The notes beneath the pieces are model-generated. The model was not told the DNA's origin, searched no databases, and saw nothing but the letters and a program-made list of their open reading frames with translations. A stretch of 64,000 nt of DNA from Obrimoposthia wandeli (Eukaryota), in contig CDROCS010001086.1 in NCBI GenBank assembly GCA_977020255.1, forward strand, positions 124,001 through 188,000, in the 5' to 3' direction. The stretch's first letter is position 1. Each line of letters starts with the position of its first letter. The position numbers were made by a program, and so were the translations under genes. This document shows positions 52,490 to 62,600 of this stretch, one piece after another.

Positions 52490-54569
52490 CATATTATTTC
52501 ATTTGTAATTCAGTCATTAATTTTATGTAATTTTAAATTTTATAAATATAAATATATTACTAAAATACTCTTTTTAAGTTTAGTATCTATTTTTTAATGA
52601 AGTAAATAAAATGATTAACTTTAAAACTTAGATTACAACGGTGCTGGATTAGAATGTGTTATTGAGTTCAAAAAAGCTTTAATTGAGAATATGTCTATAT
52701 CAGTTTTAGTATATTTCAAAGGTGTAGATTGTAGATTGTAGTTTATTTCTATATACTTCTGTTTAAATCAAATAGTATTAAACAATTTTTGTGTTATGTT
52801 TTCAACTGACATTTAAATAAAACTTAATAATCTACTTACTTGTACATATTTGCTTATGTTCTGAATAAAATTAACATTTAAAATATAAAAACAACACAAA
52901 AAATAATATTTACCTGTGAACGAAGCTAAATGGAAAGAAACATCAATTTCAACAGTCTTCTTCTTTTAGTAATATCAAATTAAATCCACGTTGAGTTAAT
53001 GTACAATTTGAAATAGAAGAACATACTCAAACACCAGGGATTTTTAACAGATTTGTTTAACTATCCATTCAAAATAAAAAAGTAAAATAGTAACCAAAAA
53101 AAAAATGTTTATTTTTTTACATCATTTTCAACAATCACGTGATGAAATATATAAAAATATTAAAGACACCTCTCCGTATTGAAGCTTTGACATTTGGAGA
53201 ACTTATAAGAAAAAATTATCGACTTTTCATGAAATCAAAATATTATATGTTGAATAAAGCTACCGTACTTTCAAATTATTTATTATCTGATAAATATGTG
53301 TAGAATCTGACATGGGAGATTTTAAAGAAATGTGACACACTGGGTATTCCCGAAATATTTGAGTGGGAATTTTTATTCGGCATGGGAAGCTTTGTTTACG
53401 TCATCATTTGATATTATATTATTCAGAATGCAAAAATCACTCAATTGGCATATCTTCTTTCAAATAATCAATGTTCGTTGTGGAAAAAAATCCCATACTT
53501 AATTATAAATTGTATCTAAAATAATATTTGACATGGGAATATTTTCCAATCTGAACAATGATCTGTTCATTTATTTTACTAATAATTGACTTTTATTGAT
53601 AATTTACATTCCAAATGTATCGCATATTGAGCGATTTCTGAAATCTGGATTAATAAACGGTATAACACTGAATGTCAAAATTCGACCACACAACAAACTT
53701 TCTGTACTTAATATCTCTGAATGGTATGTATGCTAAACAGGAAAATATATTTAAAATATCTTCGCGCATCGGGGGGGGGGTGACCTATTGCCTTTAGTCG
53801 AAGTCCCCACTCCCCCCTACTAGAGAGTCAACATTTTTGTCTGGGAATCCGCAACTATATTTTTGGCTTTTTAGTAGTATAGTTTAAAACTGTTCAAACG
53901 AATATGCATTATCCTCCTTTTTATTATAAAAAACTACACTCCTTTATAAAACCAGTAAAACTTATAAACAATCGTCATTAGGAATAGTGAAATGGAGAAG
54001 TTTATGAGGGTTGGCTTTCGATATTATCAAAAGATTTTTTCACATCAAAAGAGGTTTTAGAAAAGAACCGTCTTGGGTTTCTATGGATTGAGTTAACATT
54101 GGAGAGTGATGAAAATTCTGAAAACTATAAAAAATACAAAAAATACATGTTGCTCTATTTGAAAGATTGGGGATTAAGAACTCAAAGAATTCAATGAATA
54201 AAAATAGCATATAAAATTTTGTTTTCAAAAAAACTATTTATTTGAAAAACATGCTTTACTCAAATAAACTCTATTAATTATAAACCAAAAATAGGGTGTT
54301 TTATAACATAGGTACAAGAAAACTCTTACCGCAGTTTTAATGAAAATTGTATTAATAAATTATTATTATGAATTTGTTGTATTTTTAACATATAAAATGA
54401 AGTAATGAAGAAATTGCATCGGTTATTTCTTTTGCATTAGCATTTATTTGTTAAAGAGCAAAGTGAATAGTTAATGAAAAGTTTAAGCAGACTTTGTTGA
54501 ACTGCAAAAGTCGACCTTTTACAAACTTTGGAAGTGTTTCCGTATGAATCAGTAAAAAATCATAGTAAA

Positions 54570-54780
54570 ATGAGGATTTTCTATGAGCGAAACAGAAGGT
54601 TGTTGCTGCATTTGCAGATGATCCTTGCATATCTTAACGCAAAGTAAGTCAAGAAGCTATTTCATATGTTTTATATGTTAACAATGTGTTAAGTCAAGGT
54701 ATGAAACCATGGAAAATTATGACCATGCAAGAATTATTGACTAACGATTATGGAAAACGCTTGAAGAACATAGTAACTCT
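54570..54780 (+). pseudogene. N-terminal fragment of a Tc1/mariner-superfamily transposase
   Basis: VVAAFADDPCIS*RKVSQE and GMKPWKIMTMQELLTNDYGKR match the HTH and PYKxxxVQELxxxDxxxR pattern. Confidence 0.55.
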
Positions 54781-56479
54781 TACTTTTATTTTAAAAAATT
54801 ATTCAAGAAGTATTGTTTCATTTAAATGATCTGTTAGAACACAAAGGATTCATTTACAGTAGAGAAAATTGAATGCTATAGTTGAAAAGACATTGAAGAC
54901 TCCATCAAATACATATCTAGCAAAGAAAAAAAAGAAAGGCGAAAATAGTTCAAGAGGAACGACACAATAATATCTTACTAACATATGTTATTGCTGTGCT
55001 AACTCCCTGGTGAAATCAAAGTATGTTTCCTTAATTTTCTCAACTAGTACGTTAAACGTTGAATATGCATCTACTTAATTGTTGGATTCGGTGGTCTAGT
55101 CCAATGCATGACTCCTCCCGAGGAATATCCATTACATGAATTAATGATTTTAGATTGTAGGGACAAATAAATACACTAAACTCCAGCCCAGATCCAACGA
55201 CACCATTTTAATTGTCTGTGCCTAAATTTATCTTTTGGAAGTTCAATTACATTTTGTAGATTGTAGTTTGAACAACAAAAAAACAAAGTTCAAATAATTT
55301 CAAACGATATTTAATAGAATTTTATGGGTTATATAATTTTCTGTTTGATTTTTTTTATTATTAGCCTCGTGCGTTATGAATTAGTACAAAAGGGATGATA
55401 AATTGACACATTAAAAACATTTTTTAATTATGTGACCCTTTACATGCTTGAAGAATTTTTAATATAATTTCAAACACTTTATGTCATTGAATAGTTAAAA
55501 AACATATTTTGCTGTTAATCATTTGACAGAGAAAGGTTTACTTTTTCAATATCTGTGTTACAGCTGTAAAGCAAATATTCTGAACAATAATCAAGTTAAG
55601 AAACTGTAGCTGAATAAAAGAACTCCCAATACATATTTTAATACAAAAAATAAAAATAAAACTTGAATTGAAAAATACTGAAACAAGTACCACAATTGAA
55701 AATCATGTATACAGAAAAGATAAAGTTTGAAGTTAATTGAAGAAAACTAAAATCAGTAAGAAAATTCACTTTCGGAAATTATTTGTCTAAATATTTATGA
55801 TTATATCAGGAGAATCCCTTTCGAATTCAATGTTCTTGTCCACAGCCTTTTTGCGATTTTTGTGTTTACTGTTCTTTTCTGACTAAAGAAGAAGGGCATC
55901 AACTGAGGCCTATTTAGATTTATCCATAAATCAGAAAAATATTTGTGACTTATAACAATAAATAACATTGCAATATTTCAGTGTTTTGAATGGTCTTCTT
56001 TTATATCAGTATTTTAAATAAAGAAACAAAGAATTGTATAGATACATTTAAAATTTCCATTGAAAAATATTTACAAACAAAGGAATAAATTTTAACTTTT
56101 GTATAAATAAATGTTGTTTGGGAAGCTGGTAATCGATCTTCGAAAATAAAATAAATTGAACCGGTTTCTAGATACTTATTTACAATGGGTTTCAAAAAAT
56201 AAACCCTTTGAATGGAAATTGTTGAAAGTAAGATGTTTTCAAGCTGAAATGACGTTTATTAATTAAAACAGGTTGCAAAAAAGATAATTAAGAATCAAGG
56301 CTGTTCCAAAGCATGTTCTCAATCTCATTATTGTACAACTGTATTTCGCAAACAATGTATCTCCAAATCAAGTAATCAGAGGTTACTAGAAGTGGGTCAA
56401 TTAAGAAGTTAAATGAAAGTTTGCTGAGTAACGAAAAGAGAGAGAGTGGTTGACTAGCAATATTTGAGGACTTTAGTCA

Positions 56480-57160
56480 CTTGATCAAAGAAATCGGCAA
56501 GTTCAGGATGAAAAGAAAATCAAATGGTTTAATTTCTGTAGGAAATTGTAAATGAGGCCCAATGTTTAAAATCAACAGTACATTCATAAAATAATCTTCA
56601 GTCCATGCAAGCATAGAAAGAAACAACTTCTACTACACAAGTATGATACACGGATAGAATTCACTTGGTAGGCCTTAGAAAACATGTGCACCGATGAAGC
56701 TCACTTTAGCTTAATATGTGGAATTCAGTCGTTGCAATGAAGTGTTTTGTCCGACCCACCAGTGCTTGTTTTGACTAAAAACCATTTCATTATCCTAAGA
56801 TTTTGATTTGGATTGTTTATAAAGCTTTTATCCTAGATGGAATTTTAAAGAGCCAATGCAACCTAGATATGCTAAAAATCACGTGGTTTCCTTTCTTAGA
56901 AGAATGATAAGAATGATATATCAGCCAGACAGGGCTTTACCACATATCGAAAACATCGCATTTTTTCAAAAACTAATTTGAAGAAACGTTTTTATCAGAA
57001 TATATCATCGGAAAATTTCCACTACACAAATACTGCTCGATCTCCTGATTTGTATCTAATTGATTTATTTTAATATGGTGAACTTAAAGTACAAAGTTAC
57101 TGAGAACAAAATTGACAACTTAGAGGGGTCATTAAAAACCATGTAGATGAAAAAATTTAA
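56480..57160 (+). pseudogene. Decayed Tc1/mariner-superfamily transposase
   Basis: CTDEAHFSL (~56686), QPDRALPH (QQDGAPPH-like, ~56920) and ARSPDLYLIDLF*YGELK (WPARSPDLxPxDFFLWGxLK-like, ~57035). Confidence 0.75.
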
Positions 57161-58099
57161 TTAACTGGATCAAACCCTAGAGATAAGTCAGATGACTTAA
57201 CCGTTTGTCAATGTTTGTGCGATGGTGGCAGTGACGGTAAATTGTATGGCTGGCGATTAGTTTTAGATGACTAATGAAGCCGATCTCATGTTTTTATGTA
57301 CTGCAACGGCAGCTAGACTCTAGTTGGCTGCTCACAATACAATTTGATTACGATAGTGGGCGAAAAAAAACAAGGATTAACCAAACAAATCAATATTGAA
57401 ATTCTTTTTCAGATTATAACTTGCATAGAAGAATATATCCTTTGAATATAAACAAAACAGGATTGAATTAAAGAATAAATTTTTTAATATTATTTTAGTT
57501 ACAGTAGTATAAAAGAGCCAATTTATTGGAGATTTTTTGTAAAAAATGTTTCACTTCTCAATATTGCGAAAAGAGGTTTTTTAAAACATTTAGTTCATAA
57601 AATAAATTTTTAAAAGTAAATACTTTATTCGCTTTTTGGAATGGCTTCATTGTTGGAAACTTTGCAAGTTTCGGATTCATTGTATCTTCATTATCCTAAA
57701 ATTAGAAAATATTTAACTTTTGCATCAGAGTAATAGCGGAAAAATAACAAACATTTTTCTTGTTCAGCTGTAAAAATCATAAAAGTGTTAATCAGTTTTA
57801 TTTTAAATACTATGAAAAACATATGAAGTAAGCTATCAAAGTTAAAATAACAAATCTTCTTCATATTTACAAAATACTCATAAATAATTAAAATATTAGC
57901 TTTAAAACTATTATTAGAGATATAAAAAGTAATGTTTTCTTTCGTGGACATAATTCAAAAGAGTCCAATTCTACAAACACAAGACTTATTAATTTATACA
58001 GCACTTTCTAAACTAATTATTTTGAAAAAATATTTCCGGCTTCTGATTACATAACTATCCTCTTCACTATTCCTAACTTGCACTTCTTCAGCCATGCTA

Positions 58100-58759
58100 T
58101 TCTCCTGGGTCGATTGCTCTTAAAAACGGAATTGTTACCTGTCATGGAGTCAAAATTCTGTTATTCTTTATGGTAGCTATTCTTACTTCTTTTCTTTGTT
58201 TCCTTCTTAACAAGAACCTTTTCATTAACTTTTCCCTCTTCTTTCATTATATATATTCTCTAACTTTGCAGCTGTGATTTGTTGGGTCTTTATTACGTCT
58301 CGAAGATATTTTTTATTATTTGTTGTTTGATGCTTGATTTTTTACTTCTATTCTAAAATTTATTTCAAACGGTGAAAATTCAATTTGTGGCAATAAATCG
58401 TGCAATCATTTTCCTGGGTTAGAATACGCTATTGTCGTAACAATCATATATCTTACCACGCGTATAACTCTTTCTGCTAAACCGTTAGTTTGATGTTGAT
58501 ATGGTGCTGTAAGTTAAAGTCCAATACCAAATTCTCATAGCCAATTGTTAAAATAATTTCCCGTAAATATTCGTCTTTTATCTGTTAAAATTCTCTTAGG
58601 TTTCTTAAATTTATATATCTAATTTGTCTCAGGTGCTTTAGTAATTGTTAATTCATCTTCTTTTGTAGTTGCTGGTAGTGATACCAGTTTATTAAATCGA
58701 TAGATTACTATCAAGATATATTTCATTTTATATCTTCCATCCTACATGTGAGCTATATC
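58100..58759 (-). pseudogene. Gypsy integrase core remnant (3' part, left of the inserted element)
   Basis: The minus strand reads DIAHM...KYILIVIYRFNKLVSL, KPKRILTD and LTAPYQHQTNGLAERVIR. Confidence 0.85.
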
Positions 58760-58978
58760 AGTAGGTGGATGTGTCCAGTCTAATCCACACTCCCCCACTG
58801 TCCTTTAAAACCGCGCATGTGTGTGGAGTGAAATTTCGTGCATGTGTGTAAAGTGAAATTTTCTACACCCCAACACTCAAAAAAAAACTAATTAACCCCA
58901 TATTACACCCTTTAAATTTGAAAATGTCATAGTGCTCCCCAAAGAGTGAGGAAGGATTTGCTACAATTTTGGGTAATT

Positions 58979-59329
58979 ATGCAGGAATATATCATAGATG
59001 TTGAGGCTTTCGTTAACAATAATGGTGATTATATTATAAAAGAATTATGTATTATGGATGTATGCGACATTTTTCATCCTTTGCATTTCATTTTTCATAT
59101 AGATATCCTCTTTAGAAGTTTAGATTATAAGAAAGATTTTATTAATTTCTATCTAACTAATTATTTTCATTTATTAAAATGGAAAGAAGGTCATAAGGCT
59201 TTTTGTGAAATATGTATTTTCGATAAAGTAAAATCGAATTTTGACATTGATAATGAAATTTTTTATGTTTTAGATGGAATGGACGGCAAAAAGTATAAGA
59301 CTTTTAAAAAATATTTTCTTTACCCCTAA
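58979..59329 (+). CDS. DEDD/DnaQ-like small exonuclease-fold protein, probably C-terminally truncated
   Basis: The first in-frame ATG is at 58979 (the track starts at GTG 58946). IIDVEAF...IIKEL is an ExoI-like DxE motif, followed by HFIF...YLTNYFHLLKWKEG. The stop coincides with the point where homology to copy 1 begins. Confidence 0.5.
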   Translation: MQEYIIDVEAFVNNNGDYIIKELCIMDVCDIFHPLHFIFHIDILFRSLDYKKDFINFYLTNYFHLLKWKEGHKAFCEICIFDKVKSNFDIDNEIFYVLDGMDGKKYKTFKKYFLYP

Positions 59330-59468
59330 TTTTTCCAGAAAATATTTCGCCGGAAAGACGATCCACTTCATTGTCTTTATTTGTAGTATTATTCATTTGA
59401 AACAATAAGTTTAAACGGGTTTGTTTATAGAAAAGATAACAAGATGTAATAAGATATATTTTCTAAAA

Positions 59469-59924
59469 TCAAATCAACAATGTCTGGATAATCAAATTTT
59501 TCAATCCCAATATCATAACTTTACCACTGGAAAATATATTTAAACATAGCGGTTTAAACTTCAAATAACTGAGAGCAGGAAAAGTTTCTGGTTCAAACAT
59601 GCATTCTTCTTTCATTTTCTCTGCAGTTTTAAAAAGATTTATCTGTTTCCCAAGATTAGCCGAAATCGTGATTGATTGTATTGCAGTGATTCGAATTCCA
59701 AATGGTAAATTGAACCCAATCATTGGTATTTTGAATCCCATAACACGACAATTTCCTAAAAGAATTCAAAATGAAAATAAAATAAAAAACTAACCTGTAG
59801 GAAAAATAACAACTGTGAAATTGTCAAACTTTTCCACATATTGTCTCGGCTTTCATGCATTGAATGGTAAGTACGAAACATCATCTTCTGTTCTACCTTT
59901 ATAATTTATATTTACGAGTTTCAT
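59469..59924 (-). pseudogene. Two-exon TATA-binding-protein-like gene: complement(join(59469..59755,59795..59924)); in-frame TGA at codon 24 and a probable 3' frameshift
   Basis: Spliced product: MKLVNINYKGRTEDDVSYLPFNA*KPRQYVEKFDNFTVVIFPTG|NCRVMGFK...IQSITISANLGKQINLFKTAEKMKEECMFEPETFPALSYLKFKPLCLNIFSSGKVMILGLK. Both TBP repeats are visible (IFPTGxxxVMG and FEPETFPAL...IFSSGKVMILG). The ORF track mislabels exon 2 as '+'; its ATG is the reverse complement of CAT at 59739-59741. Confidence 0.88.
59756..59794 (-). other. 39-nt GT-AG spliceosomal intron in the TBP-like gene
   Basis: Donor ACAG|GTTAGT, a T-rich body and acceptor TTTTAG|GA. It contains in-frame TAG and TGA, and its removal restores IFPTGNCRVMG. 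The acceptor is conserved in copy 1 (~11965-11972). Confidence 0.75.
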
Positions 59925-60009
59925 TAGACTAAAATTGTATTCTGTCAAATCTTCTTTATATATGTCTGAACCTGCTTTTTTATTGCACGTTTCTTGCAAA
60001 CCTATTATA

Positions 60010-60160
60010 ATTGGAAGATATATTTCTTCCAATCAAATTTGATTTTTAATATGGATTTAGTCCAATCAAATTCAATGCTTTAGTTATATTAACCAATGAG
60101 ATTCATGTCTTTGTTAGAAATTAGTATAAAAGAATGCGCTATTGGAGGACAAATCACAGT
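60010..60160 (+). promoter_or_regulatory. Divergent intergenic promoter: three CCAAT boxes, TATA box, CAGT initiator-like motif
   Basis: CCAAT at 60029, 60062 and 60093, inverted ATTGG at 60010, TATAAAAG at 60125-60132, CAGT at 60157, and the ATG of ORF C at 60163. Confidence 0.6.
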
Positions 60161-60162
60161 AA

Positions 60163-60645
60163 ATGCATTCATATCAAAGACAATTATCAACGATGGACGA
60201 TAGCCAACGGATATTAAGCGGTGACGAAGATATAGAAATGTTTGAAGAATCGGATAAGGATATGTATAAAGAAGTGAAACAATATTTCAAATACAAAGTC
60301 AGATTCTTGAAGAAGGCTCAACTGATTGCTTTAGTAAATCCTGTGACAATTGAAAGAAGAAAGTTCAGCTATTATCTATCAAATATTCAAAGACCAGATT
60401 TGCAATATCTTAAACAGAAAGTTGAAAAGACAGTTCCGAATTTTACTTTCAATAAGAACGAATTTTATATCCGAGGACCTGATGAAGCATTTCTAGATGA
60501 CTATGGAAGATATGTTGATATTGATGCGTTTCCGAAAAAGAAGCAATGAACTGTAACAATTCGACTGTATGGTTACAAGAAAGATGAAATGGGAACAAAG
60601 TTGCCTATGTGGAAAATTGAAGGTGCTCATATTTATATGATTTAA
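60163..60645 (+). pseudogene. Unknown ~160-aa protein (ORF C) interrupted by TGA at 60547-60549
   Basis: The track ORF of 128 aa continues in frame past the stop as TVTIRLYGYKKDEMGTKLPMWKIEGAHIYMI*. Copy 1 has TGC at the equivalent codon (FPKKKQCTVRIRLYCYKK). AATAAA lies at 60657. Confidence 0.75.
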
Positions 60646-60787
60646 TTATTTCATGTAATAAATTGTAATCGGTTTTACTATGTTTCTTTCATTTGGCAAT
60701 TAATAATCAGTTTTATTTTTTAAATATTTGTATCTTATATATTTTTTTTTATAAACATTGTTTTTTAATCAGTTTCCTTATTTTAGA

Positions 60788-61153
60788 ATGGATAAGAGAT
60801 GTGTAGCAAATTTTTATTATCCAGAAAAAATTTCAAAAGGAAAACTATGTAATATATTAAAGAGGCATCAAATTATACGAGTTATGAATCCTGTGAAAAT
60901 ATCAAAAGTGGAGAATAAATATCTCATCGAAATTTTAACAACATCTGATATTGATCAATTGAAAAATATTTTGGGATTTTACATTCCTGATTATGTATAT
61001 GAAGGAAATTCTTTCCAGCTTGAAACTGATCCCAGTCTGGATTTTAAAGATGATCTAGGATATTCGATTGCTCCAATTCTAGATGAAGAACTATGGAATA
61101 TCTCAATGAATATTTTGCTGATGACAGGAAAATGCAGCCTCTTTGGACTTTGA
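60788..61153 (+). CDS. Unknown ~121-aa protein (ORF D), open in this copy
   Basis: Open from ATG 60788 (the track starts at 60758 on a non-ATG codon). It is conserved in copy 1 (11193-11570) and followed by AATAAA at 61181. No recognisable motif. Confidence 0.65.
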   Translation: MDKRCVANFYYPEKISKGKLCNILKRHQIIRVMNPVKISKVENKYLIEILTTSDIDQLKNILGFYIPDYVYEGNSFQLETDPSLDFKDDLGYSIAPILDEELWNISMNILLMTGKCSLFGL

Positions 61154-61667
61154 GTGAAGCCAATATGTTGTTTTATGTTTAATAAATGTTTTGAAAAATA
61201 ATTTTGACTCGTATTTTGTTTTTTCTCCTCTAAATTATATAGATCTAATTTTCTCTTATAAATCTGACCTAAATATCTAACATGTAGTAATTTATTAAGC
61301 TTTCTTAAAAATAGTAGTAATATATTATTTGAAATCTCGTCTGTGATAAGCCGTCGTGTCCAATATGGATTCCCGTGGTCTTCTCTAACCACTTTGGAGA
61401 TTGGTGGAAAATTTCAAAGTAAAATTTTAAAAAAATGTGGGGTGGACCTCCACCCTTTCCTCCTTTAGGTGGAATAGAGACACACATACACGAAATTTCA
61501 CTCCACACACATGCACGGTTTTAAAGGACTGTGGTACCCCCCCTATTCGTGGCTTCTTTTAATTTTTTCTCTACACACATGCACGAAATTTCACTCCACA
61601 TACATGCACAGTTTTAAAGGATAGTGGGGGGAGGGGGTGTGGATTAGACCAGACACATCCACCTACT

Positions 61668-62600
61668 TATATCGCGAACAATTTCATATAAAAAATTATT
61701 TAACTAATGGAATAAATATTTATTTTGTTCTGCTTGTTTAAATTGTTCTTTCGCTACAATTTACGCATTTTGATTTGCTTTTTTTCTTGAAACATTCTTT
61801 TCAAATATAAATTATCCTTCATATATTTAAAACATTTTGCATTCTTAGGTGACAAAGATATTAGTGAATTTCATTAATAATTTCATTAGCGTTCTTCAGA
61901 GGTATGAAAATTAAATCTTTAAAATTTTGTTCAAAATAAAGAATATCCTAACAAAGTTTACGTTTTTCTTTCATCTGATAAAACCAACTTATTTTACATT
62001 CTTCTGATAAATCCTTACTTTTCATTTGGAGGAAAACATTCATTTCTTTCACATGAATATCTTCTTGTTGTATTTGTCTTATCTTACTCAAGAAAGTGTC
62101 TTCATTTAGTTAGTAAATATATCGTATCTTAGATCTCTTGTCTTGTACATATATGTATATATTATTGAATACTTCCCTTAATAATTTATAACGTTCGTCT
62201 TGGTTCTAACTATAAACAAGGATATCATCCTTTGAACAGCAAACCATTCAATATTTTAAGCATCACACTCTGAAATGTTTTTGATATTGTAGCCAACTCA
62301 AATATTAACTGATTGAAACAAAATTGTCCCAGTTTTGTACTGAAGACTATTTTCTAGATGTAGTTGGTAATAAGTTTGTTCAATATATAGTATTGTAAAT
62401 ATGTTTTCATCACCCAGACAATCGAAGAAAGGTTGCCACAATCCCAACAAAAACATGCTTCTGACTGGAGTTCTTCACTTTGTGTGACACGTAATTGTTT
62501 GGCTAAGTTAAATTTCTATTTGCTTTAAGGAAATTTTCTGGCATTTTTCTTCTATTATTTTGGTTTTGTGTGTATTTATATGTATTTTATCTTCTTTTTT
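61668..62600 (-). pseudogene. Gypsy pol remnant (5' part including the integrase zinc finger), right of the inserted element
   Basis: The minus strand reads EIINEIH*YLCHLRMQ (HxxxxH zinc finger, ~61830-61890) and YEIVRDI, which abuts the TSD and continues as DIAHM on the other side of the insertion. Confidence 0.75.

Larger units (their letters stand above)
58760..61667. mobile_element. 2,908-bp non-autonomous Maverick/Polinton-like TIR element carrying a TBP-like gene and three or four other ORFs (copy 2)
   Basis: The left TIR (58760-58850) and right TIR (61572-61667) both begin AGTAGGTGGATGTGTC. TATATC is duplicated at 58754-58759 and 61668-61673. AG...CT termini with a 6-bp TSD are established Maverick/Polinton hallmarks. 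There is no integrase, pPolB or capsid ORF. Confidence 0.85.

Noticed and set aside
59469-59741. ORF-track strand label '+' for the TBP-like ORF
   Set aside because: The peptide MGFK...QTLLI* is encoded by the reverse complement (CAT at 59739-59741, TCA at 59469-59471), so it is a minus-strand ORF.
60991-61508. ORFs 60991..61392 (-), 61305..61508 (-) and 59599..59793 (+)
   Set aside because: They are antisense or terminal-region frames without ATG support, and the 60991..61392 frame is not preserved in the homologous region of copy 1.
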